Positions 51,801 through 61,933 of a stretch of 64,000 nt of DNA are shown one piece after another (positions within the stretch are counted from its first letter, which is position 1; each line of letters opens with the position of its first letter). Origin of the DNA: a virus (Duplodnaviria > Caudoviricetes); the IMG/VR virus record IMGVR_UViG_3300034155_000027, positions 1-64,000 of that record; one strand, written 5' to 3'. The notes under the pieces are model-generated. The model made no database searches and had not been told where the DNA came from. It worked only from the letters and a program-made list of their open reading frames with translations. Position numbers and translations under genes: made by a program.

Positions 51801-54152
51801 AGTACTTGCTCGTTCACCAACAAATTTAGAAGATACTTGTCTAATTCTCCAGCTATCTCCCATGGTGTCTAAATTAAAACCGCTTAATGATTGTTTAATC
51901 ATTCTGGCTCTTTCAACCGAGAAAGATTCTCCAATTTCATTAACAAATATTTCATGATATCTGTGGTAATCATTCATTGACCCAGCAAGATTTGTCATAT
52001 TAAACGGTACAGAATCATCTGAAAAATATACTTTTACTTCAGTTCCAATTCCAGATATTGCACCAACAGGATCTCCTAATCCGTGAACTCCATTTATTAC
52101 TGAAATAATTGTTTTACAGCTTCCACCACAAGGTGTTTCATAAGCTACACCACTAATAATAAATCTTCCGTAATCAGGAATAGTATTATTTAAATTATCA
52201 GTTGGTTGAACCACTATTGTTTTCCCAACCATTAATTCTTCAGCTGTTAAATCTAATAAAATAGTATATTCAACAGATGTAGTATTATAAACCACGTCAG
52301 TAACAACATTTGTTATAGTAGCATTCCAATATCCATCACCCTGTGTTAGATTTGGTTTAGCTAATAAATCTCTTCTACTACCATTAATTATAGAATTTCT
52401 ATCCCTAATAGGTGGAATTACTAATGTAGGATAATTTCCAGCAGCCATCGCTGTATCATAAGAACCTACAGGTGATGCAAATCCAGCTCTTGTTCCACCA
52501 AGTCCTAAAGCATCATATCCATCAGTAGAATCAGCAATTACATTATATTCATAAGACCCGGCAGTAAGAACCGCACCAGATCTTTGACCACTAATAATTG
52601 TAAACGCTGCACCATTATAATGATCTGCAAGCATTAATCCAAATTCACCATTTTGAGCAAATGCAATAAATCGATAATTATATCCAGCTCTTCTAAATTG
52701 TTTATTTGTTTCTTCTACTATTCTATCAAGATTATATTTACCAGGAGTTGACCCAAAGTTTCCAGTAATATCAATTGGTGGTAAATCATAATAAGAATGC
52801 TCAGGATCTCCATTAACATATAATCTTAACCATAAATTATAATGGTTTAAATCTATTTTGTTTGGATCAAATCCTAAACCTACTACTGCAGCACCTCTTG
52901 GATTTCCAAGAATTACACTTTGTGTAAAATACATTCCATCCGGAATTATATCTGGTAAAACACCAGCAGCAGCATATACACCCCATGTTTGATGATCAAA
53001 TCTAGCCCTATCAATTCTAGCATATCCATCACCAATTTGACTAACTAAATTATATGTATCAATTCTAACTGTCCAATCAGCCCCTGGAATAAATCTAATA
53101 GATTTAATTGGAAATATAGATTCAAGCCCATTTCCATAATTAATTCTAACAATATCTCCAATTTTAACATGAGCAAATTTAGCATCAAAAGAAAAATCAG
53201 AATTATCTTCTGGTAAGAATTTAATTATATCATCACCTATAGTTATATTATCCCTAGGTGCTAATTGACTAGGTTCAGCTAAATAAGCTTCAATTCTAGT
53301 TGGCGGAATTAAATTTATATTATATCCATCTAGATTTAAATCTTGTGCTCTAGCTGTTCTTGGAATTCCATTAGAATTTAAAATAGCACGATCAATTCCT
53401 GTAGAAATTGTTTCTCTAGTATCTATACAATCTAAGGCTTCTTGTACATTTTCTAAATCAGATGGTAAAGATAAGAAATTAGTAGCGTCTACAGTAATTG
53501 CAGTAGCTGGATGTGCATATGTAATTAAGTTTTGATGATCTACTAATTCATTATTTATTGCCAATAATGCATCTGCTAACTGAGTAGCAGAACGAATATT
53601 TCCATCTTTATCAAGTAAACCAGTCCAAGTATAAGTATCTCTAATGTCTGTTGGAATATTGTTTAAATCTATTTGACTTACAACATGTCTGGCAAGAGTT
53701 GTATTATCAGTTAATGTTTCACCACCAGATATATGTATCAATAAATCAGATTTTGTTTCAATTGCTAAATCTGTAATTATTTCTACTTGTCCATCTAAAT
53801 CTGTAAGTGATGTATTTAAATCTGCTGTTGAATAATCCAGGTCAAGTTTAAATTCTTTAATTCCAGCATTATTAGCAATTTGAGCATCATAAATTGGTAA
53901 AGTAACCAATCCAACAGAAGATAAGGCTTCAGAATTTATTGTACCATCTGCATTGATAGATACAGCAATTCTAGATCCTAAACTTGTTTTAGAACCTTGT
54001 GGATTTAATCCTATAGTTTTTTCAATTGCAAATACAGCTTCTCTGAGCTGATTAATTGACATGGTTCCGAATTCAGATAAATTATCATCAATTCTAACTA
54101 TAGTTTTATCATTGTCAACTTGGCCTGGATATACAGTCATTATTATTCCCAA
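48897..54152 (-). CDS. Large tail fibre / virion appendage protein with C-terminal beta-helix
   Basis: N-terminal YPGQVD...INQLREAVFAIEKTIGLNPQG fibre-type start, AHPATAI, repeated IxxN beta-helix rungs; 9 DGY. Confidence 0.55.
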   Translation of the reverse strand: MGIIMTVYPGQVDNDKTIVRIDDNLSEFGTMSINQLREAVFAIEKTIGLNPQGSKTSLGSRIAVSINADGTINSEALSSVGLVTLPIYDAQIANNAGIKEFKLDLDYSTADLNTSLTDLDGQVEIITDLAIETKSDLLIHISGGETLTDNTTLARHVVSQIDLNNIPTDIRDTYTWTGLLDKDGNIRSATQLADALLAINNELVDHQNLITYAHPATAITVDATNFLSLPSDLENVQEALDCIDTRETISTGIDRAILNSNGIPRTARAQDLNLDGYNINLIPPTRIEAYLAEPSQLAPRDNITIGDDIIKFLPEDNSDFSFDAKFAHVKIGDIVRINYGNGLESIFPIKSIRFIPGADWTVRIDTYNLVSQIGDGYARIDRARFDHQTWGVYAAAGVLPDIIPDGMYFTQSVILGNPRGAAVVGLGFDPNKIDLNHYNLWLRLYVNGDPEHSYYDLPPIDITGNFGSTPGKYNLDRIVEETNKQFRRAGYNYRFIAFAQNGEFGLMLADHYNGAAFTIISGQRSGAVLTAGSYEYNVIADSTDGYDALGLGGTRAGFASPVGSYDTAMAAGNYPTLVIPPIRDRNSIINGSRRDLLAKPNLTQGDGYWNATITNVVTDVVYNTTSVEYTILLDLTAEELMVGKTIVVQPTDNLNNTIPDYGRFIISGVAYETPCGGSCKTIISVINGVHGLGDPVGAISGIGTEVKVYFSDDSVPFNMTNLAGSMNDYHRYHEIFVNEIGESFSVERARMIKQSLSGFNLDTMGDSWRIRQVSSKFVGERASTGNDFRYFTRFVVTDYNQITGEFDGYLGDPVGNGTINNGPLTRGRKDFPVRFYDNTYVNFIDIEFRENANSPGSILLPIDSISRYVDIEIFPSLRNHNEYLTVAGVSHDSMTYQSITDLREFGTLSEENFTDSAIQFIESGERYLHTNGIVRGFEYEQTGITQSVLEFTGGMALVNGSFVAMDSFDVKLPEIYTTLTSVLEFFICVTETGQLKAIIKDNGSQFFTADYEYFVETLTFAEIVDKRKDLTIIARVKAQVANSLGTITYNLLEVTDARRFVYNQDISTFSFSMAESEDGYNSSFKTPDSLMNWVNEYGVNEVQVQYVKIDSPTTLSFTKEVNLIGGTYDVQIVEGLIFASGNWKIKNAKVFYTLEDPWYTHISNIFNVELSRAAIAISSVISMENFGIENTTFYYSGIQRPPFIGIYSPNATFKNGKFFGNTFIDEGTSTYCLAIAFANTDPTSLTSPTFSNIIISENIAINNQGLLISASSVQENGTAGEWLSVNKVNIDNIKITNNKFGYICYLTDGGKLLIENNISEVILDGITATMHTENLTYGLSITDTHGYSTEHIIQGNTCSYLKAETTAGVDQLKTIISKNIITRRSDILIDKFIPLYDDINNKRAITTVSNSFDVSNVICSDNIIDGLVNGYLYNIYTEGGVTISGNIINNISTNGYGIFNFGFHPDQPSTIIGNTLHKRDETNISYFIFANTDASVYGNNMSHFILSNELYDGYDGYDGYAYGSSYFTNLNVIRSSIWNPLNSSFAHNINQVSECSATVFPVSSLLFNETPTPASDPNISAVGNERISLYCRTPNTGLARIENTDSIIWTWDGSGATNDGTVGIVIPVYSLIPKHTSLLSFDITVTVVGDWVVTGSTLEGQIANNAYPELVLEINNRKVLGYNISTDGNFRLTYRNGALYTGERPNEPLNNTATIRIKQGTTEDILKPGCYIGPTGAGSLTMLKPTLKYLY

Positions 54153-54175
54153 TATAAAAGGATTATTACTACTTA

Positions 54176-54610
54176 TTATACCTGGTTATTATCAGGTTCA
54201 GCGTCTGTGTTTTCTGTAGGTTCAATTGGTAATTTATTAAATTTTTCCTTAATATTTTCAGGAATATATTTACGAGCATAAAATTTAGTAAAACAATATA
54301 CTTTACTACTAAACAAACCAGAAATTATTCCGAAAAACACTTTTCCAGAAACACTAGTTGCAAACGGATCTGGAAAAGGATACTGAGAAACAAAATAAGC
54401 TAAAACACCACCTACAAAAATAGGAAGCCCTCGTAATATCCATTCGTTCCAAAAATCAATTAATACTTCTTCTATCTTCTCAGGTAATATTGATTTTAGT
54501 TTTTTTAAAAAAGTTTCCATAACACTTCTAATCATAAGAATAGAAATGGCTACAACAAGAGAAAATGCAAAAAACGAAACAGAAAATAAACCCAAAAGTG
54601 CTTGTTCCAT
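54176..54610 (-). CDS. Small membrane protein, possibly holin-like
   Basis: Three hydrophobic segments and a charged C-terminus. Confidence 0.4.
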   Translation of the reverse strand: MEQALLGLFSVSFFAFSLVVAISILMIRSVMETFLKKLKSILPEKIEEVLIDFWNEWILRGLPIFVGGVLAYFVSQYPFPDPFATSVSGKVFFGIISGLFSSKVYCFTKFYARKYIPENIKEKFNKLPIEPTENTDAEPDNNQV

Positions 54611-54694
54611 AAATTTAAAGCAAAGAAACCTATTTTTTAGGAAAGGAATTGCTCTTTCTCCTTTATTGAAGCCTTTTTAAATTGTCAATTTTCG

Positions 54695-57600
54695 TTACGG
54701 AGTAATGTCAAATAATCCATAGTTTTCAGCTGATACAGTCCAATCAGTTATATCTCCATTAATAATATTACCTAAAGAAGATATATCAAACCAATTTCCA
54801 AAAATTGCTCCAGGACCATGTAACCCTATAATATTAATAGGAGTTAATACGCTTGGTACTGTATTTGAATGAAATCCATTTCCAGTAATTAATGTTCCAT
54901 ATTTTAATGGTTCTAAAACTAAGAAAGATCTTGATAATGCCCCTTTATAAAGCCAGTTTGTTAAAATATTATTTCCACTAATATTAGCTACAGATGTTTT
55001 TATATCTAATACTGCCATATTTTCTGTAACAAAATCAACTGATTCGCCAACAATTGCACTTCCAGTGGTACTATGAGTTATAGTATTGTTGTGTATGTGT
55101 AAATTTGCATATGTAAAATCAGCACTTGAATTATCTATTTGTACAGCTGCTTGAATTCCAATATTTACTGGTAATCCAGAGTCATCAGTTATATAAATTA
55201 AATCATTATTATCAAATTTTACACTCCAACCAGGAGCATTAAGTTGGAACAATCCAATCTTTGTTAAAGATGTAATCCATGTTGTTCTAGCTGGTCTTGC
55301 TACTTTATTATAATATCCAATAATTCTATTATTAGCAATATTTAAAGTAGAAAATGGCGCATATCCTTCATATCCATCCTCTGAATTATATTCAGAACCA
55401 GTTGCTTGATCTATTCTAATTCCTCCTGCTGGTGGTAAATCTATAACAAATGCTGTTGCTACTGGAATTGGAGAATTTAAATAATGATGAATATCATTTC
55501 CAATTACTTGAAACATTGTTCCTAAAGAATTAGATGAATTTCCAAGAGTTTCTGTAATGTGTAATGGTAATGCTCCTATAAATGTATTATTTATAATAGA
55601 TAAAGATCCTTCAGCAATTAATGTACAAGCAGCTATTGGGTTTGTTAATCTGTATAATTGATCTGGGCCTGATATTTTGCTATTTTTTACAATTAACAAA
55701 TCATCAGATTTAATTTCTACATATCTAAATACATTACTATATAAAGAACTATCAATTGCAGTATACCCATCAACTCCACAATTTACAACTATATTATCAA
55801 CTAATACTTTACTGGTTAAATTACCAATATTAATATATTTATAACCATTATTGTATAATGATTGGTAATTTAATATTCTAGAACCAGTTCCAATTGTATT
55901 TTTATATGGATCAAATAAACAATTGGTTAATTGTATTTCTCCTTCAAATGCACTTTGCATTAGTGCATATCCATATCCTGTAAATTCACAACAATTTATT
56001 ATTGATGTTTCATCATTTTGAACAACCAAACTAACTAAGTTTGGAAATGTTCCATCTTGATGGAAATAACAATCTTCTATAATTGATTTATTATCATGTT
56101 CAACATATACTGTACAATTTATAAAAATAACATTTTTAAATGTTGTATATTCTTGAACTCCTGTTATTTTTGAAGAAATTCTTTGAGGATTATTAGTAGA
56201 TTGGAACTCAACGTTTGTAGCTATACCAACATAGTTTTCATATACACCACTACTATTAATTGGTATATTTGAGTTTAATAATATCCTAATCGATCTTCCA
56301 GAAGCAATTTCTCTAGCTGTAGTATTTCCTAATAATTTTGGAATATTTAACTGAGTGTTTACAGTATATTCACCAGGATTAATAACAATTACTTGTTCTG
56401 TTCTACTGTTAGAGTAATTGGTTGTTCTATCAATTAATGTATTTACAATTTCTAAAGCAGATGTTCCTGTAAAATCTCCAGTAGAACTAACCCCATCACC
56501 AATTGTTATTTGCCAAGGAGTGCTATTTACAACACCCCACTGATTACCAGAATCAATTAATCGATATGCCCATTTTGTTGTTCTTGTATCATATATCCAT
56601 CTTTCTCTAGCTGCAGCATATTGAGCTTCAGAACTAGAAATTATATTTGGCCCACCTTTATTTCCTATTAAACTTACAAATGCACCTTCTGTTTCTACTG
56701 TTGTGCTTAAATTTAAAAAGTTTCCTGGATATAAAGAGTTTGGTGAAACAGCAATATGATAATTATTGTTTATAAATAATTTTCCAAGAGTTGCTTTAAT
56801 AAAACCTTGATTAGCCTCTATACTATAAGTTCTAACCTTACAATTTTCGATTTTTAATTCTGCATAATCAGGTCTTAAAGAATATAAAAAGCTTACACCA
56901 ATACCAACAGCATCTATAAAACATTGTTTCATTTGTAACATAGTATGAGCTGTATTTGGTGTATCGCCAGTCCAAGTAGCAGTAGCTACTGCATATGGTG
57001 TTACAGCAGTCCCAGTATATTTGCCAACTAAAGTAACATTTTCTAATAATACTTCAGAACCTGGTTGTAATAATATAATAGGAGAAATTGGAGATGGTGT
57101 AGTTCCTCCAAAATTATCAAAAACTGTTAAATTCCACATACGACTCATTTTTGTGGAAAAATTAGTTTCGGTAACTCCATCTCCAATTAATTCACGATCT
57201 TCAGCTCTACTAAAATTAAAAGCAGGACAAATTCTTGTATCAATTCTTGTTCCACCAGCTTCTCCCCAAATAGTAAATCCTTTTGGTATAATTACTGTAT
57301 GTTGTAATATATAATCACCAGATTTTACAACAATAATTCCGCCTTTATCTTTTAATCTGGGATGATTAAAAGCCCACAAAAAAGCTTCATATAAATCTCT
57401 TTGAGGTGAAGAGTCTTCTGCTCTATATCCATCGCCAATAGTAACAAAACCTTGACCCATTCCAAAAGCCATTAACTCTAATGTTTGTTGCACATCAGGG
57501 GCTGGATATAGAACTAATGGAAGATCCATATCAATATGTCTAGCGGTATGTCGATGCATAGTACCATCAACATGACCAAGAAAATGAGTAGTAATTTGTT

Positions 57601-57796
57601 CTAATACTGTTTGTACTTCTGTTCCGGTAAATGGAGCAGATAAAAGTGGAGACATATCAATATGATTTGCTACATGTCTCCAATCACCACCAGTAACGTG
57701 AGCAATAAAATCTTGTTTATGAGTGGCTGAATACCCACCTTCTCTAATACGTCCTGATCCTATATATCTAGTTCTTGTGACCATACCCAAATACAA
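54695..57796 (-). CDS. Tailspike-like protein with two pectin-lyase-like beta-helix regions
   Basis: VTIGDG...GGIIVVKSGDY...IWGE repeated as ITIGDG...IVINPGEY; N-terminal HxAxHIDM repeats. Likely start is ATG 57784. Confidence 0.6.
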   Translation of the reverse strand: MYLGMVTRTRYIGSGRIREGGYSATHKQDFIAHVTGGDWRHVANHIDMSPLLSAPFTGTEVQTVLEQITTHFLGHVDGTMHRHTARHIDMDLPLVLYPAPDVQQTLELMAFGMGQGFVTIGDGYRAEDSSPQRDLYEAFLWAFNHPRLKDKGGIIVVKSGDYILQHTVIIPKGFTIWGEAGGTRIDTRICPAFNFSRAEDRELIGDGVTETNFSTKMSRMWNLTVFDNFGGTTPSPISPIILLQPGSEVLLENVTLVGKYTGTAVTPYAVATATWTGDTPNTAHTMLQMKQCFIDAVGIGVSFLYSLRPDYAELKIENCKVRTYSIEANQGFIKATLGKLFINNNYHIAVSPNSLYPGNFLNLSTTVETEGAFVSLIGNKGGPNIISSSEAQYAAARERWIYDTRTTKWAYRLIDSGNQWGVVNSTPWQITIGDGVSSTGDFTGTSALEIVNTLIDRTTNYSNSRTEQVIVINPGEYTVNTQLNIPKLLGNTTAREIASGRSIRILLNSNIPINSSGVYENYVGIATNVEFQSTNNPQRISSKITGVQEYTTFKNVIFINCTVYVEHDNKSIIEDCYFHQDGTFPNLVSLVVQNDETSIINCCEFTGYGYALMQSAFEGEIQLTNCLFDPYKNTIGTGSRILNYQSLYNNGYKYINIGNLTSKVLVDNIVVNCGVDGYTAIDSSLYSNVFRYVEIKSDDLLIVKNSKISGPDQLYRLTNPIAACTLIAEGSLSIINNTFIGALPLHITETLGNSSNSLGTMFQVIGNDIHHYLNSPIPVATAFVIDLPPAGGIRIDQATGSEYNSEDGYEGYAPFSTLNIANNRIIGYYNKVARPARTTWITSLTKIGLFQLNAPGWSVKFDNNDLIYITDDSGLPVNIGIQAAVQIDNSSADFTYANLHIHNNTITHSTTGSAIVGESVDFVTENMAVLDIKTSVANISGNNILTNWLYKGALSRSFLVLEPLKYGTLITGNGFHSNTVPSVLTPINIIGLHGPGAIFGNWFDISSLGNIINGDITDWTVSAENYGLFDITP

Positions 57797-57851
57797 GAAT
57801 AGTATTGGTATTATGATTGATTTATGTTTTTACCAAAGAATTTAATTTATT

Positions 57852-59996
57852 TTAAGGCAAAACAATAGTATGTGTATGACCTAATACGTTTGATATAACA
57901 CCATTAATTATAGGGTGGTTATGTCCTTGTTCTATACTGGTCATCTGATTTATTAAATTTAATGATGTAATTGATTCATTTACAACCAACCTATGTAGGT
58001 GTAACGGTATTTGTCCTTGTTCTATCGAGCCAGAAATTGATGTTAATAATTCACTAGGATACATAGAAGTATCTCTAAATGCTCTAACTTGATAAATAGG
58101 ATCTGTTTTTCTTACTCTAACCGCTGTAAATTTTTGAAGTCCAGATTCCATTAATAATGTATTATTCCTTTCTACATCAATAATTTCATATCTCCACTCT
58201 TCTGTTCCATCTATATTATATCGAATTAAGAAATCTCCATCTTGAATTACTGGAATTACTCCCAACCAACAATTTGGTACATATGAGTTTTCTATTCCTG
58301 ATTCTTCTCTCTTTAAATCTTCTTTTGTTGGTCCAAATCTTACCAATACTCTACCATCAGATCTTCGTGGGTTGAAAAACTGTTCATATCCAGTTACCAA
58401 AGAAGTTCCATATGTATCCAATCCTCTATATGCTGTATTTTCTCTTGCAGAATCTACATGTTGAGATTGTTTTCCTTTCCACATTCTCTTAAATAATGAA
58501 CATAATCTTCCAGTGTTTTCTAATAAATATTCCTCTCTCATATTTATATAGTCTTGTACACTTAAACCCCTAATAGATCCCGTTGATTCATATCCATCTG
58601 CACAACCATATTCTCCACCAAAATATGATCCTACACATTTTCCGGATAATAAATCTGGTAAATATGTTCTTCCCCATCCTCTATTATCCCATGGTAAAAA
58701 TCCTGCATTAGTATTATCTATTACATCTAAACTGGATGAACCAGTTAAAATATCAACACGATTTCTATAGCCATCTGTAATTGTTCTAGCATATTGCTCA
58801 GAGAATTTGTTTTCGCCCATTCCAACAGCAACGTTTTGATCTTCAAAACCACACCATAATCTTACGAATGGATTTTCATAATATCTAATACCATCATAAC
58901 CCTCTACAGTATGTGGTCGTGGTTGATATCCATATATTCCACGTTGATCTATATTTGATAATATTAAATTATTATTTGCAAAATCAACGGAAGAATAAGC
59001 AATAATTTCTGCTCCAATAATAATAACTCCACTTTCAGGAAACAATGAAGCATCATTTATAGGAATTATTAAGTCAGTAGATGAAATATCTTCTCTCAAT
59101 ATATCATTTGGATAAAAACGCAAATCACCAATTCTTGGTAATTGATCAAAATCAATTGTATCAGGTTCATGTGCAGCCGCTTTTACTGCAAAATAATACA
59201 TGTCACCAACTTTAAAATTTCCAGAAACAGTGGCTTGTGTTTGATTATTTGCAGCAATAAGTTTTACACCATCACTAAATACATCATGTTTGGTAGAAGA
59301 CCAATAAATATTGTAAACAAGTTTCCAATCAGAAGGTTTACAATATGTTTTATGCCATTCTAAAGTAACCTCTCTTCCATTTCCATGAAAAGCAACAGTA
59401 CGTAAACCATGTAAAGATCTATCAAATGTAAAAAGATTAACAGGAGCAGAACAAGGCGAAACAACCCCAGATATATTTGGAATTAATTCCCAAGGAGGAA
59501 CTGTAATCTCAGGACTAATTGATGTCCAACCAATAGCTCTTCGTAATTGTAATAATTGATCAGCTCTAAGTTGCCACTGTAAACGTATCCAATCCCAATC
59601 GATATCTGAATCATCAGAATGTGTTGGTGTTGTTGTAACTTCTATTGTTTCAGATAATAAAGATCTTTCTAGTAAAATATTAATCGTACGTCCAGGCCGT
59701 ATAGCAAAAATATCCGTTCTTGTTGGATTGTCAGTTTCTGCACGAAGATTACCCTCTATTAATAAAGTGTGATTAGAGTCAAAAGGAACAATTTGCCAAT
59801 CGTTAGCTATAAAGAAAGTTGCTCCAGTTAATTTTCCATTACCTGTATCTTCGTTTCCAGTAGGTCTTAATGCCCGTGTAAGATTTAAATGATCAGGAAC
59901 CCATGCTTTCCATGCTGTATATAAATCTCTAACCGAAAAACTATCGGTTGAGGTTAATATAATTTTTTTTAAAACAGGGTCGAAACTAAAACCCAT
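57852..59996 (-). CDS. Multidomain virion protein: appendage-type N-domain, FN3-like domain, head-closure/neck-like domain and His-rich tip
   Basis: VTLEW...YNIYW...YYFAVKA (FN3-like); LFKRMWKG...YGTSLVTGY...RYEI...DPIY (neck-like); HLH/HNH/HTH at the C-terminus. Confidence 0.5.
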   Translation of the reverse strand: MGFSFDPVLKKIILTSTDSFSVRDLYTAWKAWVPDHLNLTRALRPTGNEDTGNGKLTGATFFIANDWQIVPFDSNHTLLIEGNLRAETDNPTRTDIFAIRPGRTINILLERSLLSETIEVTTTPTHSDDSDIDWDWIRLQWQLRADQLLQLRRAIGWTSISPEITVPPWELIPNISGVVSPCSAPVNLFTFDRSLHGLRTVAFHGNGREVTLEWHKTYCKPSDWKLVYNIYWSSTKHDVFSDGVKLIAANNQTQATVSGNFKVGDMYYFAVKAAAHEPDTIDFDQLPRIGDLRFYPNDILREDISSTDLIIPINDASLFPESGVIIIGAEIIAYSSVDFANNNLILSNIDQRGIYGYQPRPHTVEGYDGIRYYENPFVRLWCGFEDQNVAVGMGENKFSEQYARTITDGYRNRVDILTGSSSLDVIDNTNAGFLPWDNRGWGRTYLPDLLSGKCVGSYFGGEYGCADGYESTGSIRGLSVQDYINMREEYLLENTGRLCSLFKRMWKGKQSQHVDSARENTAYRGLDTYGTSLVTGYEQFFNPRRSDGRVLVRFGPTKEDLKREESGIENSYVPNCWLGVIPVIQDGDFLIRYNIDGTEEWRYEIIDVERNNTLLMESGLQKFTAVRVRKTDPIYQVRAFRDTSMYPSELLTSISGSIEQGQIPLHLHRLVVNESITSLNLINQMTSIEQGHNHPIINGVISNVLGHTHTIVLP

Positions 59997-60014
59997 AAAA
60001 CCTTCTATATATAA

Positions 60015-61376
60015 TTAAATAACAATTTCTTCAGCGGCAGCAACCTGTACAGTAACCTCAGTAGATTGAGTGAATCTAAATAAACCTATTTCCCATTGAC
60101 TTGTTGCAAACCCACTGATAATTACAATTGCATCAAGATCTCCGTTTTCACTCCAATCCCATGTAACAGGAATTGATGCACGACCACTTACAGAACCAGC
60201 CATTGCTACACCACTAGCATCCAATAACGGATCAGATGCTGATGTTCCCCACAAAGCACGAGAATGAACTTCGTATTTTGCACTAACATCACTTTGTGCA
60301 TAAACGCTTGGTAAAATAGTAGCAACTGCTACATATTTAAACGTACGTAATACACCTAAATCATCTGTAAAAGAACAGGCGTTTTGATCAACAGGATCCA
60401 TGTCATAAATATATACGCCTTTTCCTGAAGCAAGTTGTCTTGTATAAAGTTTATCAACATAATATAATGCAGTTGGTGAACATTTACCATTTAATGTACC
60501 AGCACCAGAATCCACATCAGCATTTTTTCTATGTATCCACTCATCCCATTCATAAACCCGCTGAAGCCTTGCAGTATTCGCATCAATAACATATGAAAAA
60601 TCATATGATCCACCTTGCATAGCAAACGACTGAGGTGTAGTATAACCAGTTAATGTCATTGAATCATATGGACTAACATCAGCATAACCATCTGAGTTTG
60701 CATCAATACCTGTATCAGCAACTGATGCTTTTGCGTCTACTGTTGTTGATAATGCAATTCTATATAATTGTCCATTTAAAGCTACAGTGTTATAAACTGA
60801 GAAAATATTGTTTTCTGAAGGTGTTCTTTGTGGTGTTCGTGCTCTAATAATAATATTATTTCCAGTACGATCAAAGTTACCATGTGTTGAATCACCAAAT
60901 ATTTGTATTGGTTCTGCTGGTGCTCCAGTAAAAGTAAAATCAACAGGTATACCGGTTATCTGTTCGTAATAACATTGTTCAGTATCTCCAATATCAGAAG
61001 GATATCCTGCTAATACACTACACCATTCTTGTTTTGTATCAATATCAACATAATCAATAGTAGTTACTTCTTTCCATCCTCCAAGTGCATGTCTTTTACG
61101 AGTTGCATTATCATATGGCTCCCAACCATTTCTACAAATACCAATTTCAGATGTAATCATTTTCCAAGGAAATGGCCATCGTAATTGTCCATCAGTATTT
61201 AACCAATATGACTTATGACATTGGTAAATTGCTTTTAAACTAACCCTCGTAGTTGCACCTATATTGCCGGCTACCATTAGTTGATAAGTATGTGGTGTAG
61301 TTGTGGTATCCAATACCATTTCAGTACCAACACGAATATCATCTGCATCAGTTAAAATCGCGATTGTCATTACCAA
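60015..61376 (-). CDS. Putative virion appendage structural protein
   Basis: 453 aa, beta-rich; shares motifs with 62395..63948 and the N-terminus of 57852..59996. Confidence 0.5.
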   Translation of the reverse strand: MVMTIAILTDADDIRVGTEMVLDTTTTPHTYQLMVAGNIGATTRVSLKAIYQCHKSYWLNTDGQLRWPFPWKMITSEIGICRNGWEPYDNATRKRHALGGWKEVTTIDYVDIDTKQEWCSVLAGYPSDIGDTEQCYYEQITGIPVDFTFTGAPAEPIQIFGDSTHGNFDRTGNNIIIRARTPQRTPSENNIFSVYNTVALNGQLYRIALSTTVDAKASVADTGIDANSDGYADVSPYDSMTLTGYTTPQSFAMQGGSYDFSYVIDANTARLQRVYEWDEWIHRKNADVDSGAGTLNGKCSPTALYYVDKLYTRQLASGKGVYIYDMDPVDQNACSFTDDLGVLRTFKYVAVATILPSVYAQSDVSAKYEVHSRALWGTSASDPLLDASGVAMAGSVSGRASIPVTWDWSENGDLDAIVIISGFATSQWEIGLFRFTQSTEVTVQVAAAEEIVI

Positions 61377-61849
61377 GACCTCCTAGTATTTGAATCTAAT
61401 GCAATAATTCTACAGTCTTCAATTGTAAAATCTATATGACCACCTGTAGTAACTGTCCCAAGAGGATTTCCGTTTTCTCTTGTTCCTGATGCTCTTAATA
61501 ACTCTAAGCCTTCTGCTTTGGAAGCGTGTGGGAAAACAACAGGGCAATCACGAGAAATACCCCACAAATACCACTGGTAATCTGTAGCAGTCATAAATTC
61601 TTTAGCAGCCATCATTTCTTCTGGTTCATCAATTCCTAAATCCCACAATCCACCGTTTTGACGTAAGCCTTGATTAGCTAATTTAAGCCCAGCAGTTTTA
61701 ATCATTAAACGAAGAGGTTCTATTAGTTTTTTTAATTCTTCTGGCATATCAGAAGCATTTTCTGTTCCACGCCTCATTCTACCAAGAGTATATCTTAAAT
61801 CTGAACGAACAATTTTTTTAAGATCAATGGTTTCATTACTAGTTTGCAT
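61370..61849 (-). CDS. Hypothetical protein
   Basis: 159 aa ORF with AAGG upstream, overlapping the start of the next gene. Confidence 0.55.
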   Translation of the reverse strand: MQTSNETIDLKKIVRSDLRYTLGRMRRGTENASDMPEELKKLIEPLRLMIKTAGLKLANQGLRQNGGLWDLGIDEPEEMMAAKEFMTATDYQWYLWGISRDCPVVFPHASKAEGLELLRASGTRENGNPLGTVTTGGHIDFTIEDCRIIALDSNTRRSW

Positions 61850-61933
61850 AAAAACCTTTTTATAAAATGGAATAATTAATAATACTATTATATAACTATA
61901 TTATTATAATGCTATAATATTAGAATTATTTCG

